Shown here piece after piece: positions 51,150 through 64,000 of a stretch of 64,000 bases of DNA; positions within the stretch are counted from its first letter, which is position 1, and every line of letters begins with the position of its first letter. Made by a program: the position numbers and the translations under genes. The DNA is taken from NCBI GenBank assembly GCA_964106645.2, contig OZ067040.1; one strand, given 5' to 3'. The notes below the pieces were generated by a model that was not told where the DNA came from, did no database searches, and saw nothing but the letters and a program-made list of their open reading frames with translations. This DNA is from Podarcis pityusensis (taxonomy: Eukaryota).

Positions 51150-52172
51150 CCATAGTTTTTGCTCCATTACACACATTTTTTTCCTCGTAGAAAGTAAGGG
51201 GAAATGTCTGTGCGTGTTACGGAGTGAATGCTTCCCTCCTCCGTGGTTTCCAGCGGGAGAAGAGCCGCTGAATGGAGAGGAGAGAGGGACAGAGTGCCTG
51301 CTTCTTTAAAGGAGCAAACCGGGAGGGGAGGCCGAGTGTAAGCGGCTACTGTCCGGTTGGCTCCTTTAAAGCAAGCAGGCTCTCTGTATCTCTCTCGTCC
51401 CGCTTTGCTAGAAATAGCAGGAAAGATTTTCAGCTCGCTAAGCGGGGGGGGGGGGGGGAGGAGGGAGAGAAGCAGAACCTGCTTGCTTTAAAGGAGCCTA
51501 CCGGACAGTAGCCGCTTACACTCGGCTCTCTGTATCTCTCTCGTCCCCACTCAGCGGCTCTTCTCCCGCTTTGCTGGAAATAGCAGGAAAGATTTTCAGC
51601 TTGCTAAGGGGGAGGGGGGGAGGAGGGAGAGAAGCAGAACCTGCTTGCTTTAAAGGAGCCTACCGGAGTCCGGTAGGCTCCTTTAAAGCAAGCATGCTCT
51701 CTGTCCCTCCAGCAAAGTTTTTCAGCTCGCTAAGGGGGGAAGGGGAGGAGGGAGAGAAGCAGAGCTTGCTCCACGTGTGCTCCTTGTCCCTTGAGTGCTT
51801 TTCCTTCCCTCCCCACTTAAAACGTGGTTACAAAGCACAGATCCACATGGATCCTCAGGATTTTTGCACTGGGTCACCCCAAATTCACCATCAGATCACA
51901 TAGCATGCCCATGGCTACAGTTTGCACCAAAAAAATCACGCACCCACTGTTGCCTGGGGCCGCAGTGGTGCAAAAACATGGTTACAAACATGGATCCACA
52001 TGGATCCTCAGGATTTTTGCATTGGGCTACCCCAAACTCACCATCAGATCAGCATGAACCACAAAAATCATACATCCACTGTTTCGTGTAGAATATTTTT
52101 TTTCTTGTTTTCCTCCTCTAAAAACTACATGCATGTTATGGTCGGGTGCGTGTTATCGAGCGAAAAATACGG
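51150..52172. mobile_element. Non-autonomous Tc2-like DNA transposon with internal direct and inverted repeats
   Basis: ends TA|CCATAGTTTTTGCTC ... GAGCGAAAAATACGG|TA; repeated gctcctttaaagcaagc and atccacatggatcctcaggatttttgca units. Confidence 0.8.
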
Positions 52173-53176
52173 TAACTTCACACTCCCATGCCAATCTCTG
52201 CCCTTTGGGTACCATCCAAGGCCTACCCAGCTATAAATGGACTGCCTAAGCTCCTTACACTGGAGCAGGAGACCCAACTTCTGGCTGTAAGTTGAAAAAC
52301 AAACACTTACATCTATGCAAGGCTATTTAGTCAGCAATGCACTTAGTTCCACTACATATTGACATGAGGATGACTTAATTTGTCACTACAGAATTCCTAC
52401 TGGAGTGTGACAGTAAGGATCAAGAAGACTTAACTAAAAAGACGTTATGCTGCATTTCTCTTTTATATTGACATGTAGTGCAAACCAAAATTATTCAAGA
52501 CCAGATGAAATCTCAGCAAGTTGTAACTGTATCAGATACACATGCACACAATTAGATGCAAGAGACTGGCCTATGCCAGAGGCACACAACTCAAATCACC
52601 CCGAGGGCCACTTTCTTATTAGGAAACCACTATATTTCCCACAATGTTATGATTTTATGCCAGCACTTTATTTAGTCATCTCTAACTAGGTTGCTCTGTA
52701 CATCATAGCACACACTCATCTTTCCACCCAAACCTTTCTCAGTTAACCCTCTTTTTAATATTTCCTCCCCACCTACAGGGGTCTCTGCAGCTCAATTTCT
52801 GTTTCCCCCATCTTTTCACTGTGTATCCCTTAACACTATCTGCTCTCTCACCTCTATTATCCCCATCTTTTCCCATCTCTCTGTCCTACACATCTCTTTA
52901 ATCTCCATCTCATTTCCTCCTCCTTTTCATCGGAATCCAGGGAAAAGAGGAATAATTTAAGTAAAATCTGCCAAAGCTTCTCTAAAACTATGCAACACTC
53001 ATCAAAATCTACATATCCATTTCCTAGAATGCTGAATGTTAGGATATATAACCATAAGAGGAAAGCATTAAAGTCTACATGAACATAAAAGTGCTGAATT
53101 TCCCAATGGATTGACTTCACCATCACTTTCCTAATGCCATATGATGCTCACTTTGTATGGCAAATTCAAAGCATAC

Positions 53177-53346
53177 CTTTCACATGATGAACTAAGGACA
53201 CAATGTGCTGAATAAATGACTCTGATGTGCTTTTGCTGGCCTGTGGTAGCTTAATGTGGTCAAAGATGGATCGGAATTCTTGCTCCTTCTTGACTGAATG
53301 GACAAGTGTACTAGCAAGCAGCCTGTCTTTAGTCAAGGAAGCAGGT
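53177..53346 (-). CDS. BCLAF1: BCLAF1 exon ([33 protein letters not shown]...HHVK)
   Basis: gcactttag acceptor, AAG|gtatgc donor, 170 bp. Confidence 0.96.
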
Positions 53347-53438
53347 CTAAAGTGCATAACACAAAAAGAAGAACAAAAATTTATGAAAAGCAATTCCTTC
53401 ATGGATAAGTGAAAATGGTTACAAATTCAGATAATTAC

Positions 53439-54107
53439 CTGTTTGAATCATCAAGTGGTACAGGTGCCATTTTAAGTTTAACTTCAGGTCGATGAGAATC
53501 ACTGGCTATCATTTTGATCCTAAGTGGGCTCTCCTCCCTGAAAGTAGATTTCTCTCTTGCATCCAAATTCTTGTGCAGGGGAGGACTATAATCAAAGAGT
53601 TCTTTGAGCTTCTCAGACTTTACCTGCTCAGGTGACTGGGTTTCTTTCTTCATCATTCTCTCAGATACTTTCTCATCTTCCTTGTGCTTATCTTTTAGTG
53701 CACTAGGCCTCTCCACTACATAGCTAGTTGTGTCTTTAAGCTTGTAACTTTTATCTTCTCTAAATCCTTCACTGTCTCTGTTTGCCTTCAGAGAGATTTT
53801 AGATTTATACTTTGAGCCTTCCTCCTCAGCATTCCGGTGAGATGCAGCAAAGCCCTTACCCTGATCTGCCAAAACAGACTTTCTGAACTGTCTATAATCT
53901 TCAGTCTCCTCTGTGTCCTCCCCTTCAGAGTCATTAAATTTTTGTTTTCCAGATTCTTTATCCATATAATATTCCAAAGCTTCTTGGTCCTCCCACTCTC
54001 TCTCTCCCTCTGTCCTCCCTTTTTCTAGCCCTCTCTCCTTCTGAGCATCTTTCTCCCTAGCATTACTCCTCTCAAGCAGGTATACTCTAGACTCTTCATC
54101 TGTGTAC
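53439..54107 (-). CDS. BCLAF1: BCLAF1 exon 5 (RYTDEESRVYLL...PLDDSN)
   Basis: catccacag acceptor, CAG|gtaatt donor, 669 bp. Confidence 0.96.
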
Positions 54108-54987
54108 CTGTGGATGGCAAAGAAGAGAAGAATAACTCCCAACTGCTTTCATTTCAGTTTGTAGCATTTATCCTTATGGCATCCCAACTCCACAAAATGA
54201 GTACCAAAGCAAACAAATTTAATTATACAATTATAACGTTTTTTATATATTGACTGATGAGATTCTTCAGTGGCTCTTCAGATTTTTAAACTATTTCTTG
54301 CACAAGTTCCTGTACTTCTGTGCCTATTTTATTTTGTAAGAAAACTGCTCTCTATAAGTGAACAGAATTGTACTATCTATCCTGCAGAGCTCAGAGAAAC
54401 AGATTTCCAACTGGTTGATTATTTCATTTTTAAAAGACACAACATTGCATAAATGGTTACAGCTATGTTCAGTTCTACAGATACATTATAAACAAAGGTG
54501 AGAACCTTGTCAGCTAGAAAGTTGCCAATGTCCAGTTTAAATTTAACAATTTCTCTACTGAAGATAGATACAATCTTGCACTTTTGAAAAATCTGGGCCA
54601 CCACAATGGTATTTCCTTTACCAAGACAAAAGGATCTTTCAGCACTACTGCTTAACACTGCTAGAGCAACTCTTATTAAAGCTGTAAAAAATATGGGAAA
54701 ATCACTCTCATAACAGGACTCTGTTAATACACATTAATCGGCAGTATATTTCTTCTTTAATTGCTTCCAATGAAGACACTGTAACATACTAATGAAAACA
54801 TATATTTACAGCTCTGACTGAGAAACAATGAAAAGTTCATGTATACATTCCTAAGTCAGAACCTTAGTATAACCAGCATAAAATTAGAGAAAATTCAGGT
54901 ACTTTTCACTGCACAATATACATGTATAAAGAAGTATGCTTACTGTACTATTTATGTTATCTTTATTTTTGTAGTTATGGTTCCTAC

Positions 54988-55893
54988 CTTTTCAGAAATT
55001 TTGCACCCTTTGTACTTTCTTGATCCCCAGCTTCAGGATAAAAAGAACGTATCCGAGATTCCTCACGTGGAGCATTCTGCGATGCAACTGCTTTAGCAGG
55101 ACTTCTCCTTGAAGGAATGTGATGCAGTGGGCTATTCTGGGAAGGGCTATAGCGACTAGAGCCATTTCCAAGGGAGCCAGACCCAGACCTCTCAGGGCTA
55201 TGCTGAATGGAATGCGAGTGCTGAGGTGTGTTTTTTGCTGAGTGGACTGTGCTGAGTAAGTGGGCATCAGAGCATGAGGAACTCTGACTAGGTGGGGAAG
55301 CAATAGAAGGACTATGGGGAGACCTCGGACTGTTATCATATGCTGAAAGGCCAGGCCAAATATCACCTGAAGCTGCTGCAGATTTACTGAAATCATCTAG
55401 TGCTTCAGAAGGATCATGTTCAAATGCACCCTTCTCCTCCTCTTGTGATTTATTTTTTAATGGACTGTCTTGTAAAGCAGCTCCCTCCGTTTTCTTTGCT
55501 TGCTTTTCTGATGACCCACGTCTTTTAGAAGATACGGGAGACTTGCTATATGGAGATGAAGACCGAGATGAAGAGGATCTTGGAGACCTGGAAGATCTGT
55601 AGGATCGGCGAGATCTGCTCCGAGATCTCTGGGAAGAGACTGACCTTCTCTTTGGACTTCTAGAACGTGAGCGACCTCGTCTAGGGCTTCGAGAGTGTCT
55701 TCTATTCCAAACGGGTCTGTAACCTCCACGGTGGTATCTACCTCCACCTCCTGGGTAATATCCTCTACCTCTTCCTCTATAGCCATAGGGGCGTCTCATT
55801 CCTCTATTATTTCTGTAATCTCTGCGGTAATCTCTATTATAAACACGATCTCTACTGCGAGATCGTGAGTACGTCCTAGACCGAGACCTAGAA
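54988..55893 (-). CDS. BCLAF1: BCLAF1 exon 4 (RS domain)
   Basis: ttatcttag acceptor (alternative AG 6 nt further in), AAG|gtagga donor, 906 bp; RS-rich translation. Confidence 0.97.
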
Positions 55894-56472
55894 CTAAGAT
55901 AAATAGAAATGTTAGTGCCCATAGTTTATGACTGTTCTAAAATAAGAGTTACCCATATTATGTACAGTGGCATGGCCCAGACACACCTCTGCCCCAAGCA
56001 GCTCCATTAAGGTCAGGAGGCACTCTGAACAGCAGCCTTTGAGGTTCAAAGTGCTCTATCAATGGAATAAAATATAGAAGCCCTCCCTCAAAGAAATGTG
56101 CATATAGCTACTCTTTCTGTTTATATGATGGGAGCTGGAGGGGGCTGGGGAGAGTCAGGGTAAAGAATCAGAGCAACTAATTCCCTTGGTTTCTCTTGTT
56201 TATAAGCATTTCTTTCTTGACATTTCATCTGCTATAAGCATTAATTCCTGTACATCCTCTGCAACTACTCCACACCCAACAGTAGTCTACAAGCTTCAGT
56301 AGCCAAAGCAAAAAATGTCTTCTAAAATCAGTTGAATCTTCTCAAAACAGCACTTAAGCTATTATGTGATTCTTAGCATGCATTTCAAATTTCTGCTGAT
56401 AATAAAGTCTGTCTTTCAAATGTTAAAAAAAAATTAAACCACTGAGAAAGTTAATAAATGTAGGAAATGTAC

Positions 56473-56576
56473 CTGTATCTCTTTTTTCTAGAGTGTGATC
56501 TGGATCTTGACCTTGAACTGGACTGTGATCTGGATTTTGATCTTGAAGAATGTGATCTAGTGTTAGAGCGACCCAT
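56473..56576 (-). CDS. BCLAF1: BCLAF1 first coding exon (MGRSNTRSHSSRSKSRSQSSSRSRSRSHSRKKRY)
   Basis: ATG at 56576 (AAAATGG Kozak), CAG|gtacat donor; acceptor tttggtag puts the exon start at 56597. Confidence 0.97.
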
Positions 56577-57347
56577 TTTTCCCCCAGTAGCTTACACCTA
56601 CCAAATAGAAAATAGTAAAATGAAACACATTACCTTAGTTTCAGGATGATCAATTCATATATGGATAGTGGTAAATTATGTTTTTTAAAAAAAAAAAATT
56701 CAAGAAGAAGCCATTCCACCCTTCCAAAAAAACTTTTCAAATTATCACTAATCTCCTCAAACATTATGTCCCACATCATGGCAAAGATCAGTGGAAAGCA
56801 CTATAGGTAACAGGGAACAAAAATGTCAACTATTCTTTCAATATTCACACTGAATACATTTAATGCTTATGCATTTTTGTGTGTGCACTGTTCCTTTCTT
56901 GATTAAAAAGACCTTTCACTTATCCATGTCTATATTGAACTAAAAATAGTCACTAACTACTCTACTGTTCTTTACCCCAAATATCTACCTTTGATCCATA
57001 ACTCAGAAAGTCACTCAAAACACCAATTCTTTTTGGGAGCAGTTACAAAGTACCAATCTCTGTAGCCACAGCAGGTGCTGTGATTCTCCAGAGGTTTGAA
57101 TTCACCCCCCGAGATGCACTCCGTTGTCTCTTGAGACAGACGGATGCCAGCAAACTGTCTCCATCCCCCCAAATGAAACTATAAATGATATGGTTTAATA
57201 AAATAACAACAACAACAAATTATTTATACCCTGCACATCTGGCTGGGTTTCCTCAGCCACTCTGGGCGGCTTCCAACAAAATATTAAAAATATTTTTGAA
57301 TTTTAATGGTCTTAAAAATATTTAAAATAGCTAAGTATTTAGCTTAC

Positions 57348-57400
57348 CTTGCAATCCTGCTAGACAAGAAATGGATTTAAAATTCTCAAATGTTTAATTC
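57348..57400 (-). other. BCLAF1: BCLAF1 non-coding 5'UTR exon (probable)
   Basis: long T tract plus aaacag acceptor, AAG|gtaagc donor; an upstream AG (exon start 57439) is also possible. Confidence 0.65.
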
Positions 57401-59599
57401 CTGTTTTTAAAAAACAAAACAAAAGAGGATGTTATTTGACTGCATAGTTAATACAGGTTTTAAAAAATGGTTGAAGTATTTAAACAGAGAAGATCTGAAG
57501 CACAGTCTGATGTGGTGGGTTATGTTGTTTCAAACTCAGAGTAGCATTTACTCGGTGCAACACTGTCTCACAGCCTGCTAAGTTTAAGTTGGTTGTCCAG
57601 AAATACAGTACATGTTCACATTGACTTAATTTATTGGCCTTTCCAAAAATTGCTCAGTAAGAATATATAAGTATTGTCTCACAACGTTCTTGTATCTTAC
57701 AGTAACCTATCCTAGTGCCACCACCTATTGTGGTGCCACAAATTAATAAAGAGGTTTGGGTTTGGGGCATAAAAGCCAGAGCTTAGTCAGAGCCCCTTAC
57801 CTGCTTGGGAGCAACAGGAAACCTAAATCTAAGGCCCTATCCTGATGTGAAGGTGCCAATGCTCTTTGCCTCTGAATGCAGTGCCTAATCCACCTAAAGT
57901 GCTGAACAATGGTATCAGGGACACACAGAGAAACTTTTCTGAATGTAAGAGCTCTCAATGAATCACAAAAAATATATGCTCAACATATATGGTTGCTTAT
58001 ACCTCAATACCTGCCTCTCTTATGAATATGAATGTAATTTTCAGTATTCCAGCATAGTTAAAGAATTTATTTTATTTAGTGTGTTTATATCCTGTCTTCC
58101 TTTCACCATAGAGCTCAAAGTGGCTTATATGGGATTATCAGGTGGTCTCCCATCCAGGTCCTAACTAGCTACCAGACTTGTTTAACTTAAGCTTCAATGT
58201 GTGTCCTCAGACCAAGCAATGTAAGCCTAGACATTTAGCAAAATAAAAATGAACTTTTTTATTTTAAAAAGCCAGATTAAAATTAATCACACATTTTTAA
58301 TGTTATCTGGTAACAACCAACCCAAATGAACACATCTCACAATTCTTCCAGAACTGCAAGTCTATGACAAATCCATAATGGGAGAAAAATACTGCACATA
58401 CTAATCTGCACCACTTACTAGCCACTTTTAAAGTGATTTATACTTCTAACACTTTTAACAGGAAAGTACAACGGACTCTCTTTAAAAAAAGTTCTGACTA
58501 GTAACAGTGCTGTTACTTATTAACCCTACAGCAATAACTCTTAGATGCTCAGCCTAATATGAAATGGAGAAAACCTTAATGTAGCCTAACTTGCTGTGAG
58601 AAATATAAATTTATGTCATTTATATACCACCCTTCTGCTGGCCTAAGAGTTCTGTAGAACTGTGATGGTTCTGTCAGGAGCTGATGAAATCTGCTCCCTG
58701 GTCTAAACTTCTTCCTTCTGTCTTCCCTCAAGGTCCTAAGAAGGTACTCAATATTTTTTCAGCTTGATGTGTTGTTGTTTTTTTGTTTATTGTCTTTGCA
58801 AATCTCATTAAAGAAAACATTAAAAAAGAAAAGCTATGAGCCACCCTCCAGCACACACTCCCAAGATACATAAATGAGAGCTAGTTTGGTACAGCAGTTA
58901 TAGTGCTTAAAATAATAAGCATGACACACCCATTCACTAAGGAGTGTTCCTGCTGCATTTTGCATGGTTTACTGATCCAGCTTGTTTTTTCTGATAAGCC
59001 TCTGCTGATGTTGGAAAATTCTACCACCACTATCAAGACTAATGAGCTGACTTGGTGTAAGGCAGCTTCCCAAGGGCCAAATAATAATTATACCAAGTTC
59101 ACTGTGGAGAATGGGGGAAAGAGTCATAATTAACAACTCTTTTCTTGCTTTGACTTGGGTAAGTTCAATCACATGAAATGAATTGAAAGGGCTTGGATCA
59201 CACTGTAAATTTTACCTCCAGATGCTGCTCTCAGAGGACACATTTGCATGAGCCTGGGACAATATCCACACACTGCTGCAGTCGAAAGATACTGCAAATT
59301 ACTGTGATAAGTCATTTTTTGTATCTGTTGGTAATGAAATTCTTAAGGATACACCCCCTTTCTCCAAGATAAGGCCTCCCTGGAAACTCTTGACCGTCAT
59401 TTGGAAGCAAGTTTAATCGTGCGGACTTGCCCAGAGTCCTGGCACTGTGTGAAGAAGGCACGATCCACTGACTATTCTGCACACCTTTTCGCCTTTCTCA
59501 ACAAAAGGTCTGGTGCTCAACTGGGAGCCGCAGCCAGTTACGGGCAGCTGTCTGGCAGGGCACGTGCATGATGACATGCGTGTTCGAGGCATCCATTTA

Positions 59600-60750
59600 G
59601 GGCCCTTGGTGTAGCGAGTGTGCCGGGAGGCTTGCCAAGGTCTCTCTCCTTCCCCCTAGCTACACCTCGTCGCCCTTCAACCGACTGGTCGGGATGGCGA
59701 AAGATGGAGGCAAGTCAAAACGTTATCAGGCGCCGCTCGTCGCGCGGAAGAGACTAATCAGAAAGCGACGGGCCCCCCCCCCCGCCTGCTCTCGAGGGGC
59801 GAGGCGGACCGCTCTCTTTGGCCCCGCCCAGCCGGCCTCGTTCCGGCCTACCTGTTTCCTCCCCCCGCCCCATGGGGGAAAGAGGCGGGAGGGAACGGGG
59901 AGAGATGACGGGCCCTGGTCCAAACAAGGGAGGCTGCGCGCAGTGTGTGTGTGTGAGGGAGATGGGAGCCGCCTCTAGTCCCCCTCCCCCTCCGTTCCTC
60001 CCGCCCTTGTGAGGCAGACCAAGCCCCTCCCCCGCCTTCAGTTAGAAAAAGGGAGGGGGGGTTGCGAAGGGAAGAACTTGAGGGAATTTTTCAAAAAATA
60101 ACGGCGTCTGGAAGCAGGGGAGGGAGGGTTGCCGAGCGCGCGAACGAGGCTTCTCGCGCCGGAGCTCCGAAAGCTGACGGGGGGGGGGGCGCGTTTGGAG
60201 GGAGGGGCACCCATGGCGCCCGAGGAAGAACCCGAGCAGGCAGAAGACCTCTCTGGCTCCAGCCCTCCTCGGGCCGTTCGAAGTCCTGCGTTGGCTATGG
60301 CTCACCCTTCTCTGAGCGACAGCTCCCGTTCGGCTCTCTACCGCTCGGCGGCCATTTCCAGTCACGGCGAAGGAAAAGAAATGGGGGGCGGCGGGGGAGA
60401 AAGACAGAGAGGAAGGAAGAACCATAGAGAGAGAAAACCACTTTCTGCGACGTTAGAATAGCACGATGGCATCACTTCCGCTCGGAGAAAGGGCGGAGAG
60501 GAAATATGACCTCTTTACCTTGGCGGCCCCAGCTACCCGTATGAAAGATGGCGGTTAAGAAGCGGCTGAGGCGGCGTGAGTGACGCTAGCTGCCCTGGCA
60601 GGAAGTCTTCGGCGTCACGTGATCTTTCCTTGCGTTGGAAGGACGCAGGGAGAGGGAAAAGCCTATGCTGCTGAGGCGCATGCGCCTGTCGCGCTTTTTT
60701 TTTCTTGTTAGTTATCGTCTGCGCAAGAAATCACGGGTAAAAAATAGGGT
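59600..60750 (-). promoter_or_regulatory. BCLAF1: BCLAF1 CpG-island promoter and first exon(s)
   Basis: CpG-dense; ETS ACTTCCG 60474-60480, YY1 AAGATGGCGG 60545-60554, CRE/E-box CGTCACGTGA 60613-60622, NRF1 GCGCATGCGC 60676-60685; minus-strand donors at 60519, 60342 and 60306. Confidence 0.85.
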
Positions 60751-61127
60751 TGATTGCTCGAGTCTTCAGAGTTTTGCTATAGCTGCGGGATTACGCCATA
60801 GTTTTGGGAAAAACATAAGGGCAGATAATTTTGGGTTCTCATTATGTTGCTCATTTAGGAAAATGTTCGTGCATAGGGTTAGCAGGGAAATTGTGTAACT
60901 GCCTTAAAACCAGCCATTGAGCTGCGTTCCTTGGTCCAAATCCGGGATACTGTACAGCCTCCTACTTTGCACTTCTCTTTTTAGCTTATTGTGCCCTTCC
61001 TGGGGAAAAGTATAGAACGCCATTTTTCAGTCTTTTGAGTCCGTTGCTGCAAAAAGAATGAATAGTTCTGTGGCATCTTAAAACAAATTCATGCTACAGT
61101 TAATTTGTTACCCTGTAACGTGTAACA

Positions 61128-61362
61128 AACCTAGCAGTTTGAAAGCACTTCAAAGTGCAAGTAGATAAATAGGTACCGCTCTGGTGGGAAGGTAAACTGT
61201 GTTTCTGTGCGCTGCTCTGGTTCGCCAGAAGCGGCTTAGTCATTCTGGCCACATGACCCGGAAGCTGTACGGCAGCTCCCTCGGCCAATAAAGCGAGATG
61301 AGCGCCGCAACCCCAGAGTCAGCCACGACTGGACCTAATGGTCAGGGGTCCCTTTACCTTTA
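61128..61362 (+). mobile_element. 5'-truncated Sauria SINE
   Basis: near-identical to the 3' part of 31802-32150, including the cctttacctt tail. Confidence 0.9.
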
Positions 61363-62165
61363 AGGTGCCACAAGACTCTTCTTATTGTTTTAGAACAGCG
61401 TTGTAGAATCACAACATCCATTTAATGTAGGTTGGACTGAGAGACAGCAACTTGTTCCTTGCCATCCAGTGATCTTCTGTACCTTTCGGGCCAACACTGA
61501 GCCACTACACACACATTTCCCGGCCATCATCAGTTCCATCCCCATCAATCCCAACCATCATTACTTAGCATTTGGATTTCATAGTACCATGTTTTAAAAC
61601 TGGCTAACTGACCCTATCCGTTTTCAAATGGAGTGTCCTGGGGAAATGATCCACCGTTATTAAAACCTAGACCTGTCCATTCATCAAAATGAAAGATGCT
61701 CCCAACCTCTCAATTCCTTCCCACTCAAGGTTATGATGTTTGCCTAGCTGGGATGGTTTTGCCATATATGAGCACTTAAGTCCACAAAGTGACTTGGGAC
61801 TTTAGAGTATCCCTGATTCAACATGAGACACCTTATTAACAGCACAATCTGACCTGGGCACATACAAACTGTCCAAATCCCTCATTTCACATTGTCATTT
61901 GGGCTTCACAGAGAGCCAAAGCACACCTCTTGTAAATACCTTATAAGCAACAATTTACAAAAGAAATAAAGAAGCTTCTGTCATCTATCACTTGTACATT
62001 GTGGGTCTTTACAAAATTGAATAGGTAGGGAAAGAAGCCATATTGTATACTTTGTGACTCTAAGGACAGAACATATCAATAGGTGGCACTCTTCACTCAT
62101 GCTGCTATCATTATATATCACTTAGTAATAGTATAAGTATAAGCAATTTAGGTTAGTATAGTGTA

Positions 62166-62220
62166 TAGTATAGTATAGCATAGCATAGCATAGCATAGCA
62201 TAGCATAGCATAGCATAGTA
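62166..62220. repeat. (TAGYA)n pentanucleotide microsatellite
   Basis: direct reading. Confidence 0.95.
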
Positions 62221-62401
62221 TGTGTTTTTTCTGGGGGGTTGCAGGGGTCCCCTAAACATTTTTTGAACCTTTGTCCATTTGTCCATTTACTGTATTTATT
62301 TTTCCCATTTTGAAGTATAAAATGGTGATTTTCTTGAGTCAAAATGATAGTACTCCTAAACATTTTTAGAAAAAAGCAGTAAGTATAGTATAGTACAGTA
62401 T

Positions 62402-62403
<2 letters not shown>

Positions 62404-62440
<37 letters not shown>
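62404..62440. repeat. (TTA)n microsatellite
   Basis: direct reading. Confidence 0.95.
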
Positions 62441-63411
62441 TACTAATACTAGTATAAGTTTTAAAACAAATGCATAGAATAAAAATGGAAGTAGAGGGAA
62501 TATACAGCTGGGATTAGGGATGGGAGACTTGACAGCTGGGGCAGGATAGTTAACACTAGGCAGAACCAGGGCTCACAGTGTCCCCACTCTTTGTACTGGT
62601 TCCATTCCTGTGATCCAGCAGATTAACAAGCAAACATTTATTAGGTCAAGTTATTCAGGGCACAGCTATACCCATATGTATACTTAGAAGTAAGTCCCAC
62701 TGTGATCCAGTGGACTTACTCCTAAATGTATCAGATGACCATCTTCATTGGCTTATGTTTTGCATGTCAAGGTAGTGCTGACCTTAAAGGAATAAAATAA
62801 AGTTGGCTATTCTGCTACCACTGTGTTGTCCAGAAAAGTGCTTCAGATCATACATTTCCAGGGGAGAAGTAATTGAAAGAAAGTAAAATAAAGTAATAAA
62901 TAGAGGCAATCTTTCAAATACTTTGGTCCCAAACAATGAACAGCTTTAAAGGTCATCAGCTCTTTGCATTGGGCTCTGAATTTGAGAGGGTGGATATGAT
63001 TAAGTGAGGGAATGAGAGGAGGGGGTGGAGATGGAGGGTGCTTTTTATCATTTTTCTATTCCCTGCAAATGTAACCAGCCCTAATTTAAGGTTTTGATGT
63101 GTATACAGTCCTGAGCATCTCATTGTCTAAATGCTTGGCAGACGGCCTTTCCCAACCCAAGTTTTCAATCAAGCGCACCCCTGCTTTCTATGCTGGCAAT
63201 GGGTGTTGCCCATATGTGGAGCAGGACCTTCTCTGTGACAGCACCACAATTGTGGAACTACCTCCCATTGTTGAAATGACTGCCCCCCTCAGTATTGTCA
63301 ATTTGTTGCCATTTGAAGGGCATTTATGCATTCAGGCCTTTGGAATAAATTGAATCTTTGCACCATGTGGTATTTATATTTATTTTATGTAGGATTTTAT
63401 GTACTGATTGT

Positions 63412-63560
63412 GATAGCTCAGTCGGTAGAACATGAGACTCTTAATCTCAGGGCTGTGAGTTTGAGTCCAGTGTTTGGCAAAAGGTTCCTGCATTGCAGGG
63501 GGTTGGGCTAGATGATTCTTGTAGTTCCTTCCAACTCTACAATTCTAATATTCTATGATT
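63412..63560 (+). mobile_element. tRNA-Lys-derived SINE with CR1 tail
   Basis: head tagctcagtcggtagaacatgagactcttaatctcaggg resembles tRNA-Lys(CTT) with a broken T arm; ends ccttccaactctacaattct...ttctatgatt. Confidence 0.8.
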
Positions 63561-63649
63561 GGAGGCAGTGGCCAGAAAGTAAGGATGAAATTTGGCTTAA
63601 TAGAAGCCAGGACAGACTAAGATAAGAAAAGAGGTGGTAAAGAAACAGC

Positions 63650-64000
63650 TAAGCTACTTTAAATGAATTCAAATCTCCAGGGCCTGATGAGCTGCATCCA
63701 AGGCTACTAAAGGAGCTTGTGGGTGTAATCTCAAAGCCTCTGTCTATAATCTGAGAATTCTTGGAGAACAGGTTAGGTTTAGGTCCCTGCAGACTGGAGG
63801 TGGGCAAATGTTCCCCCCCCCCTGTAACTACAAACTGGTCAACTTGATGTAGGTAGTAGGAAAATGATGCTGTGATTACTAAGACCCATTGTTTCCCCAT
63901 CATCCTGGAAAAAAGTAGCAAGTGTGGTGCTGCAGGGTTTTGCCTCTAGGAGTTGGCTCCTGTGGTGTCCTTATAAGCAACTTGGATGAAGGAATTGAGG
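63650..64000 (+). mobile_element. CR1 ORF2 (pre-RT) degraded fragment
   Basis: LNEFKSPGPDELHPRLLKEL..VISKPLSII is a CR1 ORF2 motif. Confidence 0.75.

Noticed and set aside
51272-52236. Repeat-spacer-like array and overlapping ORFs
   Set aside because: Irregular internal repeats of a TA-flanked DNA transposon in a vertebrate intron; not CRISPR and not coding
59694-60461. Multiple Arg/Gly/Pro-rich ORFs (also 30627-31165)
   Set aside because: By-products of CpG-island GC content
63412-63485. tRNA-Lys gene
   Set aside because: T arm and acceptor stem are degraded and it runs into a CR1-type tail, so it is a SINE

Overview
Vertebrate genomic DNA from a squamate. The Sauria SINEs and squamate-type MITEs suggest a lacertid lizard, which is an inference. 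The window holds the conserved PDE7B-MTFR2-BCLAF1 syntenic block. PDE7B: last three coding exons and 3'UTR on the + strand. MTFR2/FAM54A: complete on the - strand, 7 coding exons, about 339 aa, CpG-island promoter near 30.6-31.1 kb. BCLAF1: complete on the - strand, 11 coding exons, 918 aa, CpG-island promoter near 59.6-60.75 kb. All exon boundaries were read by eye and are GT-AG and phase-consistent. Introns and intergenic DNA carry many transposable elements: a solo LTR with a 5-bp TSD, Tc2/Tigger and hAT MITEs, L2/CR1/BovB fragments, and Sauria and tRNA-Lys SINEs. The most notable non-obvious signals are: (1) a decayed Myb/SANT (trihelix) ORF inside a probable ancient Harbinger element; (2) a solo LTR with a long internal ORF whose TSD duplicates the putative MTFR2 branch point; (3) several candidate poison (NMD) exons in BCLAF1 introns; (4) a 49-bp inverted duplication with a template-switch signature; (5) a possible premature stop in the last MTFR2 exon. 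I see no convincing wholly new multi-gene system. Most ORF-track entries are spurious.
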